Source: Candidatus Fraserbacteria bacterium (GTDB lineage Bacteria; Bipolaricaulota; Bipolaricaulia; RBG-16-55-9). From it: 12,399 bases of DNA. The position numbers and the translations under genes are program-made. This document shows positions 1 through 6,515 of the stretch, piece by piece; positions within the stretch are counted from its first letter, which is position 1; each line of letters starts with the position of its first letter. The DNA lies in assembly GCA_037443265.1 (NCBI GenBank), contig JBBIOR010000015.1:29003-41401 (forward strand), written 5' to 3'. The notes beneath the pieces were generated by a model. That model had not been told where the DNA came from. It did no database searches and saw only the letters and a list, made by a program, of their open reading frames with translations.

Positions 1-57
1 ACGGGCGTGCCTGATCTTTTGGCCCTAGGCGTGCGCACCTTCCTCGAAAGTCTCTAG
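1..57 (+). CDS. 3' end of an upstream gene (partial, ...TGVPDLLALGVRTFLESL*)
   Basis: Frame 1 is open from the window edge to TAG at 55-57 with GC-rich codon usage, and is followed by an intergenic promoter region. Too short to identify. Confidence 0.4.
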   Translation, partial: TGVPDLLALGVRTFLESL

Positions 58-83
58 CTCACCCCAAGGCAGCCCAAGGGGCA

Positions 84-113
84 TTGACTTGTCTGCCTCC
101 GCTGAGATATAAA
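84..113 (+). promoter_or_regulatory. Putative sigma70 promoter for the wHTH-mutY unit
   Basis: TTGACT (84-89), 18-nt spacer, TATAAA (108-113), about 20 nt upstream of ATG 134. Confidence 0.55.
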
Positions 114-133
114 AACTTCGAGGCGAAGGTTGC

Positions 134-475
134 ATGAGTCAGACACAGACGCTCGGCCCGGAGCATCAGCTGCATCTTGAGGCGGAGATCCTGCGCCATC
201 TCTGGTATGAAGTGCAGGCCACGCCGGTGGCGCTCTCGGGGGCCCTAAGGCAGCCCCTTCCTATCCTGCACGAATGTCTGGAGGATCTGATTCGTCGCAG
301 GTGCGTCTATCAGTTCTGGCCCTCGCCGGACGACCCCGATGCTTCCGTCTACTGTCTCACTCGCCGCGCCCACCGGCACATCCAGCAAGCGCTGCAAACC
401 TATACCCGCTATAAGCTCCGCAGCTACTGGGACGCCCTAAGGCGCGAGCAGACTCTCTTAAGCCTCCAGCCCTGA
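134..475 (+). CDS. Hypothetical protein, probable winged helix-turn-helix (MarR-like) fold, 113 aa
   Basis: Pattern EILRHLW...ATPVALSGAL...ILHECLEDLIRRRCV...(wing)...VYCLTRRA resembles the wHTH 'L..L...G.V...Y.LT..G' layout. Promoter upstream, GAAGGT before ATG. Confidence 0.6.
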   Translation: MSQTQTLGPEHQLHLEAEILRHLWYEVQATPVALSGALRQPLPILHECLEDLIRRRCVYQFWPSPDDPDASVYCLTRRAHRHIQQALQTYTRYKLRSYWDALRREQTLLSLQP

Positions 476-499
476 TCGCTCTTGCCTCAGAGACAGTCG

Positions 500-1600
500 A
501 TGACGCGACTCGCACCTTCCCAAAAGAAGCAGTTTGTTGAACAACTGCTCGCTTGGTATAAGAAGCACCAACGGAAGCTCCCCTGGAGGACCACCCGAGA
601 TCCCTACTCCATCTGGGTGGCGGAGATCATGCTCCAGCAGACCCGCATCTCCCAAGCTGTGCGCTACTATGAGCGCTTCCTTGAGAAATTCCCCACCGTG
701 GAGCACCTAGCGCGGGCTCCGCTCGATCAAGTGCTCAAGATCTGGGAAGGCTTAGGATACTATGCCCGCGCGCGCCATCTCCACCAAGCCGCCCAGATCG
801 TCCTGCGCAATTTTCAGGGCAAGATCCCAGAGCGCAAAGGGGATCTTCTTCAGCTACCCGGCATCGGGAAATATACAGCCGGGGCTCTTCTGAGCATCGC
901 CTTCGGTCAAGATGAGATCGTGCTCGACGGCAACGTCCGGCGCGTGCTCTGTCGAGTCTTCGGCGTTCTAGAAGACCCTCGTCGACCCCACGTCGAAAGA
1001 AGCCTAGAGCGCGCTCTGCGAATACTTCTGCCCCGGGCGCAAGCCGGGATCTTCAATCAGGCCCTGATGGAGCTGGGAGGGAGAATCTGCCTTCCCAAAG
1101 CGCCCAACTGCCCGCTCTGCCCCATAGAAAATCTCTGCGAGGCCAAGCGCCTCGGTTGGCAGAATCAACTCCCTGTGAGGTCATCCCGTCGACCGCGCCC
1201 TCATTATAGGGCCGCCATCGGCTTGATCTGGAAAGACGGAAGGCTCTTAATCGCCCAACGGCCGCCGGAAGGGCTTCTGGGAGGGCTCTGGGAGTTCCCC
1301 GGCGGGAAACGCCAGCCCAACGAGACCCTAGAGGAGTGTCTGCGCCGAGAGATCCGCGAGGGGCTCGGCATCGAAATTGAGATCCGGAAGAGACTGACGA
1401 CTCTTGCGCATGAGTATAGCCACTTTCGGGTGACCCTACATGCCTTCGAGTGCAGTTGGCGGAGCGGCCGACCCCGGCCCCTGCTCCATCGTGCCTGGGC
1501 GTGGGTGACGCTCGCTCAATTGGAAGACTTCGCCTTCCCCAGGGCCCATCAGAAGCTCATTAAGATGCTTCCAGCGCGCGAAGGCCTAGATCCCTATTAA
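500..1600 (+). CDS. mutY: A/G-specific adenine glycosylase MutY with C-terminal MutT/Nudix domain, about 366 aa
   Basis: LPWR..DPY.IWVAEIMLQQT (catalytic Glu), WEGLGYYARA, HhH LPGIGKYTA, LDGNVRRV (catalytic Asp), Fe-S motif C-x6-C-x2-C-x5-C, GLLGGLWEFPGG, HEYSHF loop. ATG 500 preferred over TTG 482. Confidence 0.96.
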   Translation: MTRLAPSQKKQFVEQLLAWYKKHQRKLPWRTTRDPYSIWVAEIMLQQTRISQAVRYYERFLEKFPTVEHLARAPLDQVLKIWEGLGYYARARHLHQAAQIVLRNFQGKIPERKGDLLQLPGIGKYTAGALLSIAFGQDEIVLDGNVRRVLCRVFGVLEDPRRPHVERSLERALRILLPRAQAGIFNQALMELGGRICLPKAPNCPLCPIENLCEAKRLGWQNQLPVRSSRRPRPHYRAAIGLIWKDGRLLIAQRPPEGLLGGLWEFPGGKRQPNETLEECLRREIREGLGIEIEIRKRLTTLAHEYSHFRVTLHAFECSWRSGRPRPLLHRAWAWVTLAQLEDFAFPRAHQKLIKMLPAREGLDPY

Positions 1601-2218
1601 GAACGGGAAGAGGAAGAAGAGCAGAAGCAGTTGCAGCAAGAAGAACAGAAACCCTGGGGATGGACTCGTGTTGGCCCCGGAAGCCGCTTGTCCGCTGAGG
1701 GAGAAGGTCGTGCTGTGCGCGCGATAGTGGATCTGGAAGGGGCGGCTGATGTCGAGGCCGGCAGGGAGCTGGATCACGCCCGCGCTTACGGCGTTCGCCT
1801 CCAGCTGCCCGGCCCTAAAATCCTCCGTGACAGGGTGAACCTGGCTTGAGCCGACCAGATGAATCAAGCCGTCTTGAGAGAAAGAAAGCTCAAGGGGGTT
1901 GAATTGAGAGCGGCGCGTGGGGACCACAAGAGCTAGCATCGCCTTCTGGCCGACGAAAGGAGCAATGGCCTGCTTCAGCTCCGCCTTAAGCTGGCTCTCA
2001 AGCACCTGCTCCGTGACATATACGAAGGCCAAGATGAATTGATCTGAGCCTTCCGTGACGAAGAGGGTGGCCAAAAGCTTGGGATCGATACCCGTCCTCT
2101 CGCTGATCTGCTGCTTGGCCCACTCGGCTAGAGCCTCCTGGGCCTGCCCGGCCCCACCGAAGAGACTGAGCACACCAGCGAACAGAATGACCGTCAACAG
2201 CACAGCCCTTCTTCTCAT
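1586..2218 (-). CDS. Hypothetical exported protein with N-terminal signal peptide and C-terminal membrane anchor, 210 aa
   Basis: AAGGAGGAG RBS before ATG 2218. Signal peptide MRRRAVLLTVILFAGVLSLFGGAGQA, S/T/P linker, then hydrophobic tail PGFLFFLLQLLLLFFLFPFLIGI. Overlaps the mutY 3' end convergently by 15 nt. Confidence 0.85.
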   Translation of the reverse strand: MRRRAVLLTVILFAGVLSLFGGAGQAQEALAEWAKQQISERTGIDPKLLATLFVTEGSDQFILAFVYVTEQVLESQLKAELKQAIAPFVGQKAMLALVVPTRRSQFNPLELSFSQDGLIHLVGSSQVHPVTEDFRAGQLEANAVSAGVIQLPAGLDISRPFQIHYRAHSTTFSLSGQAASGANTSPSPGFLFFLLQLLLLFFLFPFLIGI

Positions 2219-2269
2219 GGCTCCTCCTTTTCCCCGGCCCCACAGCGGCCTTCGCTTCCCCACTCAGCC

Positions 2270-2353
2270 TCAGAGACCTACCAAGAACGCCAGAAGCACC
2301 GCCAGGAAGATCCACCAGAAGGCAAACAACAGCAAGACGGCCAGATCTACCAT
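2270..2353 (-). CDS. Small single-TM membrane peptide, 27 aa (MVDLAVLLLFAFWWIFLAVLLAFLVGL)
   Basis: Translated by hand. AGGAGGT RBS upstream of ATG 2353, TGA at 2272-2270, first ORF downstream of a good sigma70 promoter. Below the ORF-track size cutoff. Confidence 0.75.
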   Translation of the reverse strand: MVDLAVLLLFAFWWIFLAVLLAFLVGL

Positions 2354-2382
2354 GGCGCACCTCCTCTCTTTTCGTCTCAGGC

Positions 2383-2411
2383 ATTTTAATCGAAAACCCT
2401 TCCGAAGACAA
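2383..2411 (-). promoter_or_regulatory. sigma70 promoter for the peptide and tail-anchored protein operon
   Basis: Minus strand TTGTCT (2411-2406), 17-nt spacer, TAAAAT (2388-2383). Confidence 0.65.
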
Positions 2412-2424
2412 GACTCCCCAAAAA

Positions 2425-2453
2425 TTGCCCAGGGGAGGGAGAGCAGCTATAAT
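2425..2453 (+). promoter_or_regulatory. sigma70 promoter for the ABC importer-nadK operon
   Basis: TTGCCC (2425-2430), 17-nt spacer, TATAAT (2448-2453). AGGAGGT RBS at 2472-2478. Confidence 0.75.
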
Positions 2454-2486
2454 CAGCCCAGCAGGCAGGACAGGAGGTGGTCGGTC

Positions 2487-3533
2487 ATCGTCACGCGCCG
2501 AGCCTTTTTGAAAACGATGGGAGCCGCCCTATTGACTGCTTCCCTAAGAGGGCTCCCGCTCAAAAGTCAGAAACTGCCCACGCTCAAGCTGAGCTTGCCG
2601 CCCATGATCGAGAGTTTTCCGGTGGCGTTCGCCCAGGATCAGAAGGCCTTTGAGGATCATGGCGTGGCCGTAGAGCTGATCGGCTTTGCCAATCGCCGCG
2701 ATCGCAACGTAAGCCTCTTCAGCGGCGCGATCGACGGAGCCCTCATAGACATCACTTCCGTGCTGCTCTTGATCACATCCGATGCGCCTCTTTGGATCAC
2801 CAGCACGGCCTATGAGGTCATCGACGACAGCCGGAGATACGCGCTCATGACCCATCCCTTCTCGAACATCAGAGATCTCGACACGCTGATCCAGAGCCTC
2901 GATGGCCAGAACAGCCAGAACAGGATCTGGCTCCTTCGCCAGACGGACATGGAGTTTGAAACCGATCGGCTGCTGGCCCGCCAAGGGGTCACCCTCGACG
3001 CGGGCCGCCAATACTTCGACTTTGAGGATCAGGTGCTCTTGGCCACCCTGCTGGCTCAAGGAAGCGTGCTGGCCGCCGTGCTGCCTGAGCCCATTGGCTC
3101 ATATTTAGAATACATCACGCGCGCTGAGGGGCTGCCGGTCGTCCCCTTGTCTGAATATAAAGACCAGAAGCTGATCCCAAGCGTGCTAGCCTTCCAGGGC
3201 CCGTTGATTGAAGGGGATCCCGAGCGAATTGAGCGCTTCTATGCGGCCTACCGTGAAGTCCTCTCCGAGCTGGCCAGCCTGCCCCGCGAAAAGATCGTCG
3301 AGGTGGGCGTGGAGGCCGCCTTGCAATTCTTCTTCCCCGGTGTCAAGCGGGAGGAGTTGCCTCCCGGAGCCGAGGAGTTCATCCGGGCGTACTTGATCCC
3401 GGCTTTCCCTCAGCCGCGCGCTCTAAAGCCGGAGGAATTTCAGCAGGTTGCTGACTGGGCCGTGCAGAAGCGCTATCTTAGCCAGAGCATCCCCTTCGAG
3501 CGCGCCTACACCCCTCTCTTCTACGGCTCATGA
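2487..3533 (+). CDS. ABC transporter substrate-binding protein, NitT/TauT (SsuA/NMT1-like) family, Tat-exported, about 348 aa
   Basis: Twin-arginine motif TRRAFLK plus hydrophobic stretch, SsuA-like motifs FEDHGVAVELIGF...SGAIDG and AAVLPEP. Followed by cognate ATPase and permease. Start inferred at ATC 2487 from RBS spacing; the next ATG (2517) would remove the Tat motif. Confidence 0.85.
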   Translation: MVTRRAFLKTMGAALLTASLRGLPLKSQKLPTLKLSLPPMIESFPVAFAQDQKAFEDHGVAVELIGFANRRDRNVSLFSGAIDGALIDITSVLLLITSDAPLWITSTAYEVIDDSRRYALMTHPFSNIRDLDTLIQSLDGQNSQNRIWLLRQTDMEFETDRLLARQGVTLDAGRQYFDFEDQVLLATLLAQGSVLAAVLPEPIGSYLEYITRAEGLPVVPLSEYKDQKLIPSVLAFQGPLIEGDPERIERFYAAYREVLSELASLPREKIVEVGVEAALQFFFPGVKREELPPGAEEFIRAYLIPAFPQPRALKPEEFQQVADWAVQKRYLSQSIPFERAYTPLFYGS

Positions 3534-4261
3534 TCGAAGTTGAGGATCTGTTCTTGGCCTATCCTCAGCGTTCAGGATTCGAGAAGGTCCTGGACGGTAT
3601 CACGCTCCGCTTGGAAGCCGGGGAGAGCTTAGCCATCATCGGCCCCTCAGGGTGTGGCAAGACGAGTTTATTGTATGTCCTGGCTGGTTTGGTGAAGCCG
3701 ACCGCCGGCCGAGTGATCATCGCCGGAGAGCCCATCACGCGACCGCGCCCGGATGTGGCCTTGATCCTCCAAGAGACGGGGCTTCTGCCGTGGAAGACGG
3801 TCTGGCAGAACGCCATCTTGGGCCTGACGTTCAACGGTTTAGCGAGTCTTAGGCAGATCAAGCGGGCCCTGAGGGAATTGGGCCTAGAGGGCTTAGAGCA
3901 TCGCTACCCTGCACAGCTCTCCGGCGGCGAGAAGAAGCGGGTGGGCTTGGCCCGTGCGCTGGCCCAGAACGCCCAGGTCTTGCTCATGGATGAACCACTC
4001 GCTGCGCTCGATACTCTCACCAAGGAGCACACTCAGAATTTAATTCTTTCGCTCTGGAAGAGACACCGCTTCACGCTGGTGTTGGTGACCCATGACATTG
4101 AAGAGGCCGTGTTCCTCGGGCAGCGGATCTTAATCCTCTCTCCTCGACCGGCCCGCATGATCGCCCTCATCCCCAACCCAGGGATGGGCGAAGAGGAGTA
4201 TCGCCAAAGCGAGAAGTTTTTCGACAGAGTGCGCGAGGTGAGGGCCCTCCTTAAGCGATGA
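3530..4261 (+). CDS. ABC transporter ATP-binding protein, NitT/TauT (SsuB/TauB-like), 243 aa
   Basis: Walker A GPSGCGKT, LLPWKTV, signature LSGG, Walker B LLMDEP, VTHDIEEAV. ATGA overlap with the upstream gene. Confidence 0.95.
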   Translation: MIEVEDLFLAYPQRSGFEKVLDGITLRLEAGESLAIIGPSGCGKTSLLYVLAGLVKPTAGRVIIAGEPITRPRPDVALILQETGLLPWKTVWQNAILGLTFNGLASLRQIKRALRELGLEGLEHRYPAQLSGGEKKRVGLARALAQNAQVLLMDEPLAALDTLTKEHTQNLILSLWKRHRFTLVLVTHDIEEAVFLGQRILILSPRPARMIALIPNPGMGEEEYRQSEKFFDRVREVRALLKR

Positions 4262-5025
4262 AACAGCAAACGCTCGGGTATCTTTTGAGCATCTTGGCCC
4301 TGCTGGTCCTCTGGCAGTTGGCGAGTTGGATCATGCAGCTTATGCTGCCACCCCGCCAGGCGCGCGTTCTTCCCGGCCCGATTGAGGCGTTCCTGGTCTT
4401 CCCAGCCCACTGGAAGGAGATCGGGACTCATCTGGTGGGTACGAGCTTGCGGCTGATGGCCGCCCTCTTGATCTCGCTGCTGTTGGCCGTCCCGCTGGGG
4501 CTCTCCATCGGCCACGAGGCGTGGGCCAGAAGGCTTCTTTCACCCTTCATCTATACTGCCTATCCCATCCCCAAGGTGGTCTTCTGGCCCATTCTCTTCG
4601 TCCTGCTGGGCGTGGGCGGAGAGTCGGCCAAGATCGCCTTCGTGGTGTTGGTAGTCTTCTTTCAGTTGTTAGTCTCGGCCCGTGACGCGGCGGCGAACAT
4701 CTCGAAAGATTATGTGCTGAGTGCCCTCTCAGCGGGCGTCAGCCACGCCCAGATCTACTGGCACGTCGTGCTGCCCGCGTCTCTTCCAGCCATCTTCACG
4801 AGCCTGCGCATCAGTCTGGGTCTTGGGATCTTCGCTGTCTACATTGCCGAGACCGTCATCAAGACCCCGCGCGGCCTGGGCTCTTACATCAACGACTCGT
4901 TCGGGATCTTCAGCTTCGAGAAGGTCTTCGCGGGGATTATGGCCATCGGGCTGTTGGGACTCTTCTTGTATCTGCTCATCGAAGTGCTGGAGCGCTGGCT
5001 CTGCCGCTGGAAGTACGTCTCATGA
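4258..5025 (+). CDS. ABC transporter permease, NitT/TauT (SsuC/TauC-like), 255 aa
   Basis: Multiple TM helices, PIPKVVFWP, EAA-like loop (LSALSAGVS..QIYWHVVLPASLPAIFTSLR), AE...GLG motif. ATGA overlap. Confidence 0.93.
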   Translation: MKQQTLGYLLSILALLVLWQLASWIMQLMLPPRQARVLPGPIEAFLVFPAHWKEIGTHLVGTSLRLMAALLISLLLAVPLGLSIGHEAWARRLLSPFIYTAYPIPKVVFWPILFVLLGVGGESAKIAFVVLVVFFQLLVSARDAAANISKDYVLSALSAGVSHAQIYWHVVLPASLPAIFTSLRISLGLGIFAVYIAETVIKTPRGLGSYINDSFGIFSFEKVFAGIMAIGLLGLFLYLLIEVLERWLCRWKYVS

Positions 5026-5837
5026 ATGAAAAGATAGAGAAGATCCTCGCCGTCGTCAATGAGAGGAAGCCTGAGGCTCCCTCGGCGGTAGAGGCCCTCA
5101 GACGCTGGGCCAAAGCCCATCATGCCCGCCTGTGGATCATCAAATTGGCCGAGCCTCTGCCCGTCAAGCCCACTGAGGAGTTTCTGGCCCTCTCCCTCGG
5201 AGGAGATGGGACGTTCCTGCGCTGTGCACATCTTGTGGCCGAGTACGGCACGCCCATCTTGGGAGTCAACCTGGGAAGCCTGGGGTTTTTGACCCAGATG
5301 AGCTCCCAAGATCTCATAAACGCTCTCGATCAAGTCATGAGCGGGGAATATGAGCTCGAGGAGCGAATGCGCCTGGAAGCTCACCACGGGAGCCAGCAGG
5401 TGAGTGCCCTCAATGACCTCGTGCTCACGCGCAGAGACGTAGATCATTTCATGGAGGTCCATCTCTACTGGAGAGAGGAGTTCATCGGTCGTTATCCCGG
5501 CGATGGGGTGATTGTGGCCACCCCCTCGGGCTCGACGGCGTATTCCCTGGCCGCCCGCGGGCCGATCGTCTTCCCGACTTTAGAGTGTCTGTTGATCACG
5601 CCACTGAATGTGCACGCTCTGGGTCTGCACCCCCTGCTGCTGCCCGCTGAGACGGAGCTTCTGGCCGAGGCGCGTCGACCCGGCTGGCTGATCGCCGACG
5701 GCACCAAGGCCCTAGAGCTTGAGCCTGGAGAGCGCGTCCTCATCCGTCGATCCCCCCATCGCACAAGGATCGTCGTGCTCCAGTCCCATCCCAGTTTCCT
5801 CCGATTGCTCACGGAAAAACTGCGATGGGGGACTTGA
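5022..5837 (+). CDS. nadK: NAD(+) kinase, 271 aa
   Basis: LGGDGTFL, GVNLGSLGFL, ALND, GDGVIVATPSGSTAYSLA and C-terminal L.EKL.WG motifs. ATGA overlap with the permease. Confidence 0.95.
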   Translation: MNEKIEKILAVVNERKPEAPSAVEALRRWAKAHHARLWIIKLAEPLPVKPTEEFLALSLGGDGTFLRCAHLVAEYGTPILGVNLGSLGFLTQMSSQDLINALDQVMSGEYELEERMRLEAHHGSQQVSALNDLVLTRRDVDHFMEVHLYWREEFIGRYPGDGVIVATPSGSTAYSLAARGPIVFPTLECLLITPLNVHALGLHPLLLPAETELLAEARRPGWLIADGTKALELEPGERVLIRRSPHRTRIVVLQSHPSFLRLLTEKLRWGT

Positions 5838-5862
5838 CAAACCCTGTATGACGTGCTAAAGT
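5834..5862 (+). promoter_or_regulatory. Strong sigma70 promoter for csp
   Basis: Consensus TTGACA (5834-5839, overlapping the nadK stop), 17-nt spacer with extended -10 TG (5854-5855), TAAAGT (5857-5862). Confidence 0.75.
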
Positions 5863-5868
5863 AAAGAT

Positions 5869-6009
5869 TGACATCTGCAACTTGATGGGTGGAAAGCCTG
5901 CCAAGTTCTGACTCATAGGACTGTGACCCAGGGTGCCCGGTAGACCCGTCGCACGTGGGTAGAGCAGCCACAGAGTCAAATCCCACGCAGATCATAGGAG
6001 GGTTTACCG
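5869..6009 (+). promoter_or_regulatory. Long structured 5' leader of csp (candidate cis-regulatory RNA or thermosensor)
   Basis: About 140 nt with nested complementary segments: 5873-78/5987-92, 5879-84/5902-07, 5909-14/5973-78, 5922-25/5969-72, 5926-30/5956-60, 5933-36/5951-54. SD AGGAGG at 5996-6001. Confidence 0.6.
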
Positions 6010-6213
6010 ATGGCCACTGGGAAGGTCAAGTGGTTCAACGACGCCAAGGGCTTCGGCTTCATCGAGCAGGACAACGGTGGAGACGATGTCTTTGTGCACT
6101 TCTCCGCCATCAAGGGAGAAGGCTACAAGAGCCTGCGCGAGGGCCAGACGGTCGAGTTCGAGATCGAGCGCGACGCGAAGGGCCTGCGCGCGGCCAATGT
6201 CGTCGCCAAGTGA
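6010..6213 (+). CDS. cspA: Cold-shock protein (CspA family), 67 aa
   Basis: GKVKWFN, RNP1 KGFGFI, RNP2 [22 protein letters not shown]. Strong RBS. Confidence 0.98.
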   Translation: MATGKVKWFNDAKGFGFIEQDNGGDDVFVHFSAIKGEGYKSLREGQTVEFEIERDAKGLRAANVVAK

Positions 6214-6234
6214 CGGACGGCACCTGAAGATCGA

Positions 6235-6276
6235 CCCCGGCAGTTGGACTTGTGCCCCTGCCGGGGCATCTCTTCC
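6235..6276 (+). terminator. GC-rich hairpin between csp and infA (weak terminator, attenuator or stability element)
   Basis: CCCCGGCAG (6235-6243) and CTGCCGGGG (6258-6266) form a perfect 9-bp stem, followed by CATCTCTTCC rather than a true U-tract. Confidence 0.5.
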
Positions 6277-6296
6277 CCCAGGGGAGGCCAAACCGG

Positions 6297-6515
6297 ATGA
6301 CCCATCGCGATGAACTCATCACGCGCCAGGGGAGAGTCGTCTCCGCGCTCAACCATCTCATGTATCGGGTTCAGCTAGATGATGGCCCGGAGATCTTGTG
6401 CTATTCGGCCGGGCGAATGCGCCGCTTCCGCATCCGCATCCTGACAGGAGATCGCGTCACCGTGGAGATCTCGTCCTATGATCTGAGCAAGGGCCGGATC
6501 GTCCATCGCCATTAA
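6297..6515 (+). CDS. infA: Translation initiation factor IF-1, 72 aa (divergent, possibly a second paralog)
   Basis: G.V..AL....YRVQLDDG.EILC...GRMR.FRIRILTGDRVTVEISSYDLSKGRIVHR matches IF-1. GGGGAGG RBS before ATG 6297. Confidence 0.92.
   Translation: MTHRDELITRQGRVVSALNHLMYRVQLDDGPEILCYSAGRMRRFRIRILTGDRVTVEISSYDLSKGRIVHRH

Noticed and set aside
1586..1660. PGF followed by a TM helix, resembling the archaeal PGF-CTERM sorting signal
   Set aside because: It lacks the terminal basic cluster, the context is bacterial, and no archaeosortase or exosortase gene is in the window.
2055..2486. 144-aa N-terminal extension of the binding protein in the ORF track (2055..3533)
   Set aside because: It runs antisense through two minus-strand genes and across both promoters. 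The promoter, RBS and Tat motif place the start near 2487.
5868..5896. Second TTGACA as a tandem csp promoter
   Set aside because: No -10-like hexamer at 16-18 nt spacing (GGAAAG lies there).
5995..6013. GGGTTTACCGATGG resembles the 3' end of a c-di-GMP-I riboswitch
   Set aside because: The upstream GGCAAA/GNRA and receptor elements are not arranged as required. The match is explained by the SD, spacer and ATG.
6252..6296. Longer infA start at GTG 6252
   Set aside because: It lies inside the hairpin. ATG 6297 has a good RBS and gives the canonical 72-aa length.
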